This document shows, one piece after another, positions 13,792 to 26,554 of a stretch of 64,000 bases of DNA (positions within the stretch are counted from its first letter, which is position 1; the number at the start of each line of letters is the position of its first letter). The notes under the pieces were generated by a model. The model saw nothing but the letters and a program-made list of their open reading frames with translations, had not been told where the DNA came from and made no database searches. The DNA comes from Toensbergia leucococca (taxonomy: Eukaryota), in the NCBI GenBank assembly GCA_022813965.1, contig JALDZS010000010.1, forward strand, positions 124,001 through 188,000, given 5' to 3'. A program made the position numbers and the translations under genes.

Positions 13792-15561
13792 ATGTCCATC
13801 GGATTTGGGGTTTCGGACGTGATCACTGCTTGCGTCTTTGTATGGGATTCTTATGAACGATACCACGACGCCGAGAAGGAGTTTGACAACGTCGCTCGGG
13901 AAGCCAAGGCTACGTACTTGATGTTGAAACGACTTCAAGATGAGATGATGCAGCCCGGGTCGTTAGTTGAGCGTGGAGGTCCTAATGCGTAGGTGCCTGG
14001 TAAATCTTGGTCCTCCTATACAACTCACCTTTTTAGGGAGCATGATCTCAAGCGCATGCGAAGAGGCATGCTAGATGTCCTAAATACCCTGGCAAAAATA
14101 ATCAAAGAGTACGGCTCTATTTATACCAACAATTTCAAGAAGTTGATGTTCAGCTTTAACGAATTGAAAGAATTACCGAAACTCCGCCAAGACTTAGTCA
14201 TTCATGAACAGCACTTACAGACTTATATTGCCACTCTCCAATGCGGTGGTACTCGGCGACTAGAGGACGCAAGCAAGCGCCAAGAGCAACAGCTCGCGTC
14301 TATGAGGGAGATCCTTTACGAATTGAGAGCCTTGAAGAATAAAGATTCGGAAAACGTCACAGCTATAGCATCGAACCCAAGTCATGAGTCTGAGGAATTG
14401 CTGAAGATGAAGTTGGTCGATAATGGCGTTTCCAATGAAGATATACAAAGCAATTGGAATTTCATCAAGGAATATCTTGAAGCAGGCAAAGCGAAGCAGA
14501 AAAACCTCGAATCCCTGTTTAATTCGCAACTTCCCAACGGCATGCGGGCCAGTATATTGGTCGAACCTAATCTAGCCCAAAGCAACTCTCCCCAGCCGGC
14601 TGACATTTCGGCCCTTCACAAAAGCAATTCCGACAGCCACCTTGGACGCTCGGAGAATTTGGCGTTACCGAGAAGTCGTTCCACCGAAAAGTATACACCT
14701 CTAGCAGCTCAAGAGCTATCGTCAAGGAACATACGGGACGGCCCACGATTGAAGCAGAATCCATTTCGTATACTATGTGTAGATGGAAACAATACATTTC
14801 GATCTGTCATTGCTCAAGCCTACCTTGAGCTCATCAGGACCTGGACGGCAAATACCAATGGTCAATGGCTATTCAAAGAAGCTGACTCGGCCGGCTGTTG
14901 GGTTGAGTCGGAATTCACCAAGACTCATAAGGACCAAATTTTGCAACCTCTTGAAGTGCCCAAGACTGACCCTGAGAATAAGGGCCTCAAAGCTATAGCT
15001 GCGCGTACCCATTATGGATCAAGAGAGAAAGACGAAATCCTTGAAAGACTGCAGAAGAGAACAACTCGAGGAATCGGTGACAAATACTTCCAATACTGGG
15101 ACTACATTTTGTGTTTCGATGAGTCTACCGAGCGCCTTTTGTATACGCTAAAAGCATGCGCTGCCAAGACAATGAGTGCAGGAGCTTCTCAAAAAGCGGA
15201 CATTGTGCGATTACCGGGCACCCAATGGAGGGTGTGCGGAAAGATTGAAGACACGATAGAGTTGATAAAGCTAGCTGTCAAATCGTGGTTGAGGAAAGAT
15301 GTAGGATGGATGGAACCTCCTCGCGGCCAAAATATCAAAAGGGGTCTTTACCGCTCAAGAGAATTCGTCGTTTGGGAGAAGAATATTGGCGCGGTCCTTG
15401 GTAAGGGTGGATCAAAAATCGAAGATATTCGCACCAGAAGCAAGTGCGAGATCCGCATTACTGATGCTCGACATCTCCAAGGTAGGCTAGTCTCCATAAC
15501 AGGGCCGCAAGATGCGCTACCGAAAGCGGAGGCTCTAATAAGGGAATGCTATGCGCGTTGA
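13792..15561 (+). CDS. Multidomain protein: fungal N-terminal HeLo-like/SesA-type helical domain, LMW-PTP-like domain and C-terminal KH domain
   Basis: Exon 1 begins MSIGFGVSDVITACVFVWDSYERY. Intron 13989-14036 restores frame. ILCVDGNNTFRSVIAQAYL, DSAG and FQYWDYILCFDES resemble LMW-PTP. IGAVLGKGGSKIEDIR...VSITG is a KH GxxG motif. Confidence 0.7.
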
Positions 15562-16464
15562 GGCGCTTCAAAAATAAGGACCATTTACCAAGTCTGATGC
15601 GGGATCTTCATGAAACCATGAACATGACAATGGGAGGAAGTTGGAGCAAAGTCAACGTAGCGAGGCGAAGAATAGCTATTTGGTAGTATTCGAAAGAGGA
15701 CATAGCAGAAAGAGTCAAATGAATCTATGGACTCCTCTAGCATCGTGAGTGGACGAAACTTGATGGAATACTACCTTGACACAGACTCAAACTTAATACT
15801 ATCGGTACCAAAACTCTGATCTTCCCCTGTCGAGCTCTCAATCCACCTTCAGAACCTGACCAGCGAGAGAGCCAACGGCTCCATCCACTCCGAACGTTGA
15901 ATTGTCTACTTCGAAACTCACCGTCCGATATCAATTTACCCATACCGTATTGACTATTTGCTCGTAGCTTATTTGTATCTCGTTCGACCACCGAAATTCC
16001 ACAGCGGAACATGCCTGAATTGACAAAGTAGAATCGAATTTGTACGGAGTACGAGTATTAGGAAGTGAGTTTGGAAGAAAGTTGTCAAGGTGATACTGTT
16101 ATTGCAGACAAAGCGTCTAATTCATACGACGATACGTCCTGCTAATTTCTGGTTTAATGAAGGACTCATGAGTAGAAGTTAGGATGTAGTATATTAGAGT
16201 CATTTGTACGGAGTAATCAGGTACTACCTAGAGCCTACCTTACCTTGTAGGGCTGCATTTATAGTTTAAATCTGAAGCCGTTTATGCTTATTCTATTCCC
16301 GCACAACAATGACTTGCCTCACACCACCTTCCTATCGTGTATCCTACTTATTGCTTCATTCTCGCCGACATCTGCCTTCACTATCGATCAAAGCCGACTC
16401 TTACCAATTTCCGCACTTCGAAGTATCCGTGCTCCCTACAATTTCTCGCTCCTACATATCTACT

Positions 16465-17749
16465 ATGGCTGTCGATAATGCTACTTCGAATACCCCTAAG
16501 GCTGAGTACAGGCAACTCGGCAAGAGTGGTTTGCGCGTATCCGTCCCGATCTTCGGGACCATGTCAATAGGCTCAGGGCAATGGCAAGCGTGGGTGCTTG
16601 ATGAAGAAAAAGTGGCTCGCATCATCCTCCCAACCAATGTACCCTGACGTTTTTTCTCAGGCATTCCCACTGCTGAAAGCTGCCTACGACAGAGGTCTGA
16701 ACACTGTACGTTACTGATGCTTTTGTTGAAGCCATTCTTCCGACGAGATAACTGTCGCTGAGAGGGACAAAGTGGGACACGGCCAATGTCTACAGTAATG
16801 GGGTTTCGGAAGAGGTCATTGGCAATGCCATCAAGCATTACAAGATCCCGCGCCATAAACTAGTCATCATGACCAAGTGCTGTGGTACCGTGCGTGAGGG
16901 CAATAGCCCGGAAGTCTTGGCCTTGCAAGATATTGACAAGACGGTGGACTATGTCAATCAAAGGGGTATCAATCTCTATTCGACCTACATTTGGCGGATA
17001 CATGAGTATGTATTGACCGAAGTTGCATAGGACTCTCTCGACAAGGAATATTTGCCGCCGTTGATGCCTCACTCGCTCGACTCCAGACTCCATACATTGA
17101 TCTCCTCCAGATTCATCGCTTCGATAAAACAGTGCCTGTCGAAGAGACAATGGAAGCCCTCCACGATCTAGTGAAAAGCGGTAAAGTTCGCTATATTGGC
17201 GCTTCCAGCATGTGGGCGTATCAATTTGCTACAATGCAATTCACAGCCGAAAAGCACGGCTGGACGAAGTTCATATCCATGCAAAATCATTACAGCCTGT
17301 TATACCGGGAGGAAGAACGGGAGATGAATGCGTTCTGCAATCAGACCGGCGTTGGACTCATTCCGGTCCGTTACAACTTGTTCTCAGCCCTGTTCCTTCA
17401 ACCCAATTGACCCTTTTCATCCTAGTGGGGCCCTCTCGCCCAGGGCAAGCTCGCACGCCCCATATCTCAATCACATAGCACCACTCGTTCCGCCGGTAAA
17501 CCACCCCTGGCAACCACAGACTCTCAAATCATCGCCCGAGTGCAAGAGCTAGCGGAAAAGAAAGATTGGCCGATGAGCCACGTGGCAATGGCCTGGCTCA
17601 GTAAACGTATTTGCAGTCCCATCATCGGATTCAGTAGCGAGGCGCGGATAGATGAGGCATTGGGCGCTAAAGACAAAGATTTGACAGCAGAAGAGGAGAA
17701 ATATCTGGAAGAATTGTATAACCCACTGCCTATCATGGGGCACTCTTAG
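16465..17749 (+). CDS. Aldo-keto reductase (aryl-alcohol dehydrogenase-like), multi-exon
   Basis: Motifs [60 protein letters not shown] and [16 protein letters not shown]. Confidence 0.92.
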
Positions 17750-18024
17750 GCATTGTTGACAATGAATCGGCGCCTGACCTGTCCATAGCCGGATTAAAGC
17801 GTAAAAAGATAGGTATATAGCATCCTCGGCGAATAAAGTATTCAGCCCTCTTCGTTATCCAAATCAGCCTCCTTATTCTGTTTCGCCGAAAGGAGAAATG
17901 TTCTTCCGAGAATGAAACTAAGATAAGAAACTGTAATCTTCAGATAGAAACTTGAATTCGTTCTTTCGTCTCTGGTCAAACTTTCTGTCGATTCTCGCAT
18001 GTTTTCGTTACACATAAGTACATT

Positions 18025-18642
18025 ATGGAGGATGAAAATGTGGAGGATTTCTATGAGTTCCGTCTGTTCAACGAACCTCCATTGAATCCATCGACAGCAG
18101 GTAACGCTCAGGGACCGCCGCGAAGGATTGGAATCAGATCACCTTCGCCCGATCCAGGAGGACCTGGCTTCCTGATACCCCGAAGATCAGATACATTTTA
18201 TTTTGCCAGCTGTGGTAACGCGGAAAAGACAGAGCAATTCCGCAGGGTGGCAGTGTCAGGCGAGGAAATTTTGAGAGCAAGGGGCGATAGATGGGTATGC
18301 TGAAGCAACCCTAAAATTTGGTTGGTCTAATTATTGAAAATTCCCCAGCGTGGCTGCGAGTTACCATGGCGGGTCATGACAATTAAGCTTGCCCAGCAAA
18401 TTAAGCCCGAGAAATCGATACTCTACACCGATGGCGATGCAGGCAAGCGGACTAGAATTGGGAAGAAAAGAAGAATAGCTTTACGGAAGAAGATTGCAAT
18501 GGCGGAGGCTAAGGCGGTTGCGGCGCAGATGAATCAAACGGAGAAGGAGACCATGGAAAGGGAGAAACGGACAAGGAGGAACAGAGAGAAGAAGGTGAAA
18601 AGAAAGATCAAGGATAAAGCAAAGAAAGCCTCGGATAGCTGA
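18025..18642 (+). CDS. Small basic fungal protein, DUF2011-like; true 5' end may lie further upstream
   Basis: YEFRLF...RSPSP...W|RGCELPWRV, then a K/R-rich tail (GKKRRIALRKK, EKRTRRNREKK). In-frame intron 18295-18348. Confidence 0.6.
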
Positions 18643-18950
18643 CTGTAGGGAATTTTGATGTGCACTCAAGAACTTCGGTTGTCCTTCCATTGCAAAACAC
18701 CCTCGATAGGTACCCAAATTCTCCTAAGCCAGGCTCACGAGAGACGTGGAGAATCTGCATTCATACTGCTACTTTTGCACTAGAGCCTTGCGCCTTTGAA
18801 GCATTCAATCCGAACATTGAAAACCTCAGGTTTTACCTGAGACGATTTTCGGCCTTAGCAAAGTCCGGCCGGAACAAGTCTAAAGACCGAATGAAAGTCC
18901 GCGTCACTTTCTCGGACTTCACCTCAACACCTCTCAGTTCAAAATCGAGA

Positions 18951-21468
18951 ATGTTCAACAAAAACCTTGCTACGTCGTCACCCTTTCGGGATGACTTGCC
19001 TACAGGCGATCGCAAACGGCGAAGGACGGCTGTCTCTTGCTACGACTGCCGACGCCGAAAGTTAAGATGTGACCGTAGTCATCCTTCCTGCGGTCGTTGC
19101 CAGAAAGCTGGACATCCAGAGTCTTGCACTTACGATCTAGATCCTTTGGCGGCTACGATCGAAGAACATTCAACGCTGTCAGCCGAAGAAGCCGACGGTG
19201 CTCGAACTAACGCTTCGACCACTCCAAGTATGCATGTACCTAATAAGATGGCCGCTGTGACGAGCAAGCAAGTCTCAAATGATATTTCGTCGAAGATCCT
19301 ATTACAAGAAACGAAAATTGCACAGCTAGAGAGAAGGATTCTCTATTTGGAGCGTGCGTCTAGTAAGTCCACCGGCGTCTGGGAGAGTCTTGGGCGATCC
19401 CCGCCGGCAACAAAGCTAGGCGAGAGGCAAATCGTCCCAGAATTGGACCGCTTGAATACGCAACAGAACCCTTCAGAGCAGAACAAGACCATGCTGTTCA
19501 AAGGCAAAGGGTTCAAGACCCAATTCTATGGCGCGAGCAATCCTGCAAGCCTATTTGCCCATGTATGCCCTCCAAACTCAATTTCGAGAGATTTTTCTGA
19601 CGACAATAGTTCCCTGAACTTCGGTCTTTCATGAAGGGCGCCATCACGCATGACTCTTCATTAGCCCGTATTCGAAGTAATCTGAAAACTCTAGATACAA
19701 GACGTAAGAACGAAATCGAAAAAGCTTCAGCTTCCACAAATCCCAGCCTTTTTGATTTACTCCCTGGGCGCGATACCGCAGATCGACTTGTTCGTTTGTA
19801 TTTTAGTACCTTCGAAACAACGTATCGTATTCTGCATGCGCCCACCTTCTGGAAAGAGTATCAAAGCTTTTGGGAAGACCCTCAAAAGGGAAGACTCGAA
19901 TTCGCAGCAATCCTTCTTCTTACAATAGCTTCTGTTCATTGTATCTCCACCAAAGAACCCTGGACTTTTCTTGCCGAGAACTCTCCGGCACGAGAATCTG
20001 CCCTACTGTGGATCAAAGTATGTGAGATATGGCTTCAATACCAAAGTGAGAAACACCTAGTACTAGCAAGTTTTCAAATCCGTTGCCTTTTGCTACTAGC
20101 GAAGCAGACCAACGTCTTAAAGACTAAGCGAGCATGGACATCTGCTGGAACTTTACTGAGATTCGCCATGTCCGCTGGATTGCATCGAGATCCAAGCCTC
20201 CTTAACGGAAAGATATCTGTATTCGACCAGGAGATGAGGCGACGACTGTGGGCCTCAATGGTCGAGTTGGAATTGCAAGCCTCCTTTGACCGGGGAATGC
20301 CATCCCTTTCAACTGGGCTTTCGTGTGATTGTGCACCTCCACTCAACATAAATGACGAGGACATCGACGAGTCATCCAAAGAACTTCCGAAACCCAAGCC
20401 ATCGCAGGAATATACAGCGTCATCTTACTTACAAATCTCTCAGACAAGCCTGTCGCTGAGAGTATCGCTGAATTCGTTGTTGAATGACTCAGGATCTAAC
20501 ATACAATATCAAGATATGCTGCTCTATGACGAGAAAATCTTGCAATGTCTCGAGGCAATTCCTTGTTGGCCTGACCGTGAAGGCCTACAGTCTTCGGCCT
20601 TGACTCGAGCGCTGTTAGACATTCAACTCCGACAATACCTGGTATTGCTACATAGCCCATTCGCACGGCAAGCTGGATCCCACTCACGATATGAGCTCTC
20701 GAGAATGGTTTGCTGTAACACTTCTAAAATCATACTGGATCAACATTCCAATCTCACGGCTTCAGGCAATTTTGCACTTTGTTCCCTTAGAATTGATGTA
20801 TTTCGAGCAATTCTACAAATTTGCCACAATAACTTCATCTCCACTGTGATTCGCAGTTCCTTCTCATTTTCTCCACTTCTCGACACTGCCCTCGCAATGC
20901 TTGAAGAGAAGATCATGCGTCTGGGCGTTGGGTTCCAAGAATATTGGTTTAGCTCTGCGGCATATAGCCTGGTGCGCTCGATATCATCTGCGGGTCATTC
21001 CTCTAGTCAGGAACTGCAAGCGATCGACCGATTCACGAGGGTATACTACAGAATCATTGCTTTTCAAGAAAACCTTTCTAAAGCAAGTGTATTGCCCAGT
21101 AGGGATAGAAAGGTATGCAGTCTCTTCCAGAGCCCGATCCGGTTTCGTTTTTAAGAAGCTATAGTCAATAGCGGTGGAAAGCAATGTCACCAATTTAGGA
21201 GGTCGACCGGTCCTTCTAGACGCGCATTCTCTGGCCACAAATGCACTTGAAGTAAGATATTCCTGATCACACGTGTTTGAAACTCCTTTCCTCGTGCCTT
21301 TCATCTCACTTAAAATCTCAGGCCTGGGTTTTGAGACCATAAGTGACTAACTCTCGAAAGGCTGCGATCCAGGAAGTTGACGTACCGTTTGAAGACTTTG
21401 ACTACGTTGACCTATCGGGATGGACTCTTGACAATGTCTGGACGCTTGGCCCAAACGATCTGTTCTAA
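18951..21468 (+). CDS. Zn(II)2Cys6 transcription factor with fungal-specific TF middle homology domain
   Basis: CYDCRRRKLRCDRSHPSCGRCQKAGHPESC, then FKTQFYGASN and AMSAGLHRDP...EMRRRLWASMVELE. Acidic C-terminus WTLDNVW...LF*. The start could instead be 18891. Confidence 0.88.
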
Positions 21469-22041
21469 ATACCAGTGAAAACATGCCAAAACTGCCATAA
21501 ATGTTTATCACATGGTCCGTGAAGCAGCTCGTTTATCGATTTCTCTCAAAGTCGAGGGTGGAACCCCTAGCATTCAAAATTCAGAATATCGCTGCGTTTA
21601 TTTAAAGTAACCAACTTCTCATACACTCGGTTGCAAAGACGCATAAAAAGAAGACTCGCTATATTATTACTAACACCATGCACGAAACAGAGCTGTAATC
21701 CTGATTTGTGGAAAGGACCCAGAGAAAGCTTTTGGACAATATTGTGGAGAGTGACTTTTTGGTGAGCGAGGAGGCGAGGGAGTGAACGGGCGTGAAGGGA
21801 GCGAGGAAGGTCATTGTGGAGAAGGGGAGTGATGAGAGGGCTAATACCGTGGCTTTGCAGGCGGTGGGCGATGAGAAATATGCTTTTGAAGACTGTGGTC
21901 AAATTAGTGGGCGGATCAATGCACTTGTCACTTAGACTGCTACCGGGTTATTTTAGGCTTCAATTATCAATAGAAGGTGCTTTTTATTTGTCATGTTAGT
22001 ACTAAGTTCTTAGGACTTCCTTTTCCTCTCCAAAGCGCATC

Positions 22042-22485
22042 TCAGCCCTCAGCAACAGGATCCCGATTCCCCGGTTCAACCTCCCTCGCAATATCCGCCA
22101 CGCCAGTAATAACCCACTTGCCCTCCGTTTTCCACATACTAAAAATATTCGTCCCCGTATGATTCACCCTCCCGTCAATATAAAACACGTACGGCGTCCA
22201 CGCCACGCCCAACTCGCCATCCACCCGCACCGTGCAATTATAAATCTGCTCGTCCATGTCCGACACCGAGTCGACGGGGATGCGATCGACCACTTCGGCC
22301 AGGGTCAGGTGAACGGGTTTGTTGCGTCGGATCAGGGTTGCGGAGCCGGTGGGGAGGATCAGGGAGGTCATTAGAGCGCGGTCTTTTGATTTTATGCTCG
22401 AGAGGAAGAGGTTTGCTGTGTTGAGGATGGCGGCTTCTTCGGGGAGGGGGGAAGGGGGGGTGGAGGAGGGGGGTAGGGAGGACAT
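22042..22485 (-). CDS. NTF2/SnoaL-like small protein
   Basis: 147 aa containing EQIYNCTVRVDGELGVAWTPYVFYIDGRVNHTGTNIFSMWKTEGKWVITGVAD, an NTF2-like beta pattern. Confidence 0.7.
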   Translation of the reverse strand: MSSLPPSSTPPSPLPEEAAILNTANLFLSSIKSKDRALMTSLILPTGSATLIRRNKPVHLTLAEVVDRIPVDSVSDMDEQIYNCTVRVDGELGVAWTPYVFYIDGRVNHTGTNIFSMWKTEGKWVITGVADIAREVEPGNRDPVAEG

Positions 22486-22687
22486 TTTGGTGGGGGGTTT
22501 GTTTTTTTGGATGAGTGGGGGGGGGGGGTTTTGGGCACGGGGAGGGCGAGCTGGAGCTATATAGGTGATTCAGGTCATTTTAGCTGGGTTTTTCCTCATG
22601 CTGAATAATTGGATTGTGGGGATACGTCACGGGTGCTTTAAGTTGATCCGAGGGATCCTCCTTTGTTTATCGCCCGCCAGAGCCGCT

Positions 22688-22925
22688 ATTTAGCGCGTGC
22701 ATCTCATCTGCGAAATCTTGGCACCGCAGATCCCCCCTCACCTCCCACCTCAATTACTAAGCCTATACCAAATTTAGTACTGGTGTCTCAACAGCCATAA
22801 GGAAATTACCTGAGGGCATCTTCATCATTCAGTAGGTGAGTATATCTATCACTTATATAGCCTGTAGAGATTCTAACAATATTGTAACTTATTAGTCATT
22901 TATTTCTTTATCACTCATTTGTTTT
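22688..22925 (+). repeat. Left terminal inverted repeat (about 235 bp)
   Basis: atttagcgcgtgca...gcaccgcagatcccccctcacctcccacc...aatttagtactggtgtctcaacag matches the reverse complement of 26555-26792, differing mainly by transitions. Confidence 0.92.
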
Positions 22926-22931
22926 AAAGTC

Positions 22932-23950
22932 ATACCTTATACCCTTGATATTATTACATAATTTAAAGAATCAGAACTTATATGTGCTTACTGAAGGCCT
23001 GATGTTATCACTGAGAAGCTTCATTGTTATCAGAGTACAGTGTATAGATAAGAATGTCAGATTTAGCTATATAATATTCTTAATTCTAGTCATTATCTTT
23101 ATAATAACAAGCTTAGTAAGATAAGTCAGACTGCAAGAAATAGTCTTCTTAAGTATGTGCATCAGAATCAGTGAGTTTTTCAGAATAAGATGACTTTGTT
23201 TCTACTAAAAGAATAAGACATAGAAGTCAATCAATTCATAATATTTAAACTACTAAAAGAACATAAAATTAGTTATAAGAAGAGTTAACACATAAGTAAT
23301 CAGAGTCACTCACTTAAGGTTGCATAACAAGTCTTTATGTTAAAGGTGACAACTAAACAACTCATTATTCTGAATAAGATATTATTTAAATATCAGACTG
23401 AATAAAGATATATGATCTATGTCTCAATTGATCAGTTAACTCAATGACATAATAATATAAGAAGAGATGTTACATAAAGTGTGTTATTAGTGTATATGAC
23501 TAAGGGTTATCTATCTTGCACAGATATCAAATTAAGGTTTTTTAACAAAGAAGTCTTTTATCTTTAAGTGATAAATAAGCTGCTTTCTTACCTCAATCTC
23601 TATCTGAGTTTATAAAGTATAGTCATTATAAATAATCTTAACATACATCTGAATCAATGAGTTCATCAGATTATTGAGAATAAGAGTTGTTTTCTTTGAT
23701 TTTAATCTTCTTATTCTTCAGATTATAGTCTTATTAAGCTTTCATTTTAGGTGTTAAAGACTTGAGTATAATATAACTTCAGATAATTGTGTGCAATGTT
23801 TTCAGATAATGAAGAGTTTAAAAATCTTCAGAGACATGCAATTGATAAGAGTGAGTGTAATAGATTTACAGTGAAACACTTCTAACATAGCGCTAATGAG
23901 TATCTATTTAATGATAAATATAAGTTTTAACAGAAACTTAATAACTTTAT
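22932..23950 (+). pseudogene. Degenerate Tc1/IS630-type DDE transposase
   Basis: Current reading QLIILNKILF...IVIINNLNIH...*F*SSYSSDYSLIKLSF*VLKT*. Reversing transitions gives LDETLF...MDNLNVH...RFQPPYSPDYSPIELSF with 34 residues between D and E. Confidence 0.8.
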
Positions 23951-24010
23951 CTTAAATGACTCAGAGTAAATAATAAAATTTAGTGAGTTTAAAGTGAGAA
24001 ATCAGATGAA

Positions 24011-24456
24011 TATAAGATGAGAATTTTGATTCAGTATAAAGTAAGAAATCTAACTAATATAAAGAAATTCAGTTAATAATAAATGAAGAAATTTAACTAA
24101 TATAAAGATGATAAAATCTAGTTAATATAGAGTGAGAGATTAAGTTAATATAAGGTAAGAATTTTGATTCAGTATTAGATGAAGGATTCAGAACAAATTA
24201 GATAATTGAATCAAATGATCAAAGAACAACAAGTATTTCTCATACTTTTACTACTATAGATTAAGAAGATAGTTACATGTACTTCATACCTTATCTTTTA
24301 AAATCTTTTACTACATACTAAATTAAAATCCTCACTTTATATTAAATAGATTTCTTTATTTATTATCAACTGAATTTCTTTATTCATTATTAACTAAATT
24401 TTTTCATTCACCATTAATTCCTTTACCTTATACTGAATTAAAGTTCTCATATTATG
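24011..24456. repeat. Internal inverted repeat (arms about 24011-24178 and 24311-24456)
   Basis: tataagatgagaattttgattcagtataaagtaa (24011) matches the reverse complement of 24423-24456, cataatatgagaactttaattcagtataaggtaa. The inner ends also pair. Confidence 0.7.
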
Positions 24457-24861
24457 TTATTAAGCTGAGCTCAATATATCATCTTAAATTTCTTAATTTT
24501 AGTATGCATGTTTTAGGTCATTCTCTTTAGCATGCTCTTAATTCTAACATGTGTGTATATATCTAAGAAAGAGTCTAATAATTGCTTCAGATTCTTCATT
24601 ATTTATAGTTCATATTCACATATATTCTGTGTCTGTTTTAGACACTTCTTAACCTTCTCACTTTTTACCTTCTAAATCTTTTAGACTCAGAAGTCAGCTA
24701 TAATCTATTTATTCTCTTCTTACTTAATTAAACTAAATCTTAGCATCTGAGAAGCTGAAGTGAGAGCTGAAATTAAAGTTAAATTCAGAGCTAAATTCAG
24801 AGCTAAATTTAGAGTCACTGCCTGAGAAGAATATAAAGAAAAAAATAAAGAAAATAAAGAA

Positions 24862-24945
24862 AGATATTAAGAAAAATATTAAGAAGAATATTAAGAAGAA
24901 TATTAAGAAGAATATTAAGAAGAATATTAAGAAGAATATTAAAAA
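24862..24945. repeat. 12-bp tandem repeat (gaagaatattaa) about x6
   Basis: Read directly from the sequence. Confidence 0.85.
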
Positions 24946-25924
24946 GAAAGGAAATACTAAAAAGGAGAAGAATACTGAGATTGAGAATCTTTAGACTTTA
25001 TTGATTATACTATCTCAAGCTTTAAATGCTTTAGTATTATATTAAACATTTTATTCATTCTATCAGTTTTATTCTCTTACTGAGCCTTCTGAATAAAGAT
25101 GTATGATTTAGCATTTACTGTCTCTTGTTTATTAATAAGATGATCATACAATGAATCTGATAAAGGCTTAAAAAAGATCTTATTCTTATCAGTTGTTATC
25201 ACAACAACTCAGATCTTCTTCTGAACAGTATTGACTTTATAATGCTTATTATTATAAGTAATAAAGCACATATCTGACTGATTGAAACAGTTGTCACTAA
25301 TACAGATTTAATTATCAATTAAGACCTCAGTAAAGTCACTGACAACCTTATTCTAATCTTATCAATGTTCTTAAATACCCTTTATCTGAATCATATAAGT
25401 TTTAAATTAAGCTCTTTGTCTGATAGATGTTTTCTTTACTAATCTTTTTGTTTTAATATTAATAAGTTTAACTTCTAAATTAGAGTTTTCAGATTTAAAA
25501 GTCAATAGCTGATCTGTACACTCAATAGTCACCTCAAGAGCATACTTAAGAAAGTGACATTATTGCTTTATTAAGATAATCTTTACCTTAGAATTTTAGA
25601 TCTCTTACATAAGATCTTTAAGATCTATTCACTGATCAATGTCTTTAAAATGATCAGATTATACATATATAACAATATCACTCAATGACTCAGAATTAAA
25701 TCTCTTTACAATAGTGACATTGTTAAGTTTTAGACTTAAAACATTAGTATTAAACTTCTTCTTTCTTTATGTACCTTTATTATTTCTGATAGATTCAGAT
25801 TACTTAATATGTGTAAACTCATTATAAAGTGTTATCTTAAGAATTAATCTAACTTGATAGATATACTAACTATTTAGTAATCTTTCTCACTTCATTGATT
25901 TCTCTCTTTCTTGTTTCTTTCTTT

Positions 25925-26055
25925 CTTGTTTTACTCTGCCTTATTTTATGCTTTATTTCACTCTATCTCATTTCACTCTGTCTTATTTTACTCTGTCTTA
26001 TTTTACTCTGTCTCATTTCACTCTGTCTCATTTTACTCTGTCTTATTTTACTCTT
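25925..26055. repeat. 15-bp tandem repeat (ttattttactctgtc variants) about x8
   Basis: Read directly. It generates the spurious LCLIL ORFs. Confidence 0.85.
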
Positions 26056-26554
26056 TTTTAATCAGTATCTGTATTAAACAGAGCATTCAATTCAGTCTGA
26101 GCACTAATTTGAGTTGTTAGCATACACTGTTTTTCTTTAGCTCAGACCTCACAGATATAAGTTACTTTCTCTCTTTAATTAACATAAGCTTTCTCAGCTT
26201 TTTTCTTCTTATGAGCATAAGCTTTCTTAGCTTTCTTTTTCTTATAAACATGAGCTTTCTTTATTTTTTTCTTCTTATAAGCATAAGCTTTTTCACTTTC
26301 TGAGTCACTCAGATCTGAGCATAAGCCTTCTTTATTCTAATCTTCTTTATTCTAACCTTCTGAACCTTTTTTATATAAGCTGCCTACTGAGTATAAGCCT
26401 CATTTTTCTTTTTTAAAAGAGTAAGCATTTCAGACTGTGATAGTTGAGCACAGTTTTTCTTAGAAGCTCACTCAATCTAATGTAATGAGAGAGTAATAGA
26501 GTCTGATAAAAGGTCTGATATCAATAACTAAATACAGTTATTGTGAGTGATATA

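Larger units (their letters stand above)
24500..26545 (-). pseudogene. Second, convergent degenerate gene inside the transposon (unknown product)
   Basis: Minus strand near 25230-25320 reads ICISDNCFNQSDMCFITYNNKHYKVN (C-x4-C-x-N...C...H). Codon-multiple tandem repeats (12, 15 and about 36 bp) lie in the same interval. Boundaries are approximate. Confidence 0.4.

Noticed and set aside
16039..16216. Two copies of tttgtacggagta upstream of the aldo-keto reductase
   Set aside because: TACGGAGTA-like words are common in fungal intergenic DNA, and two copies give no specific evidence of function.
25895..26120. Hydrophobic LCLIL-repeat ORFs resembling membrane peptides
   Set aside because: They are translations of a mutated 15-bp tandem repeat inside the transposon.
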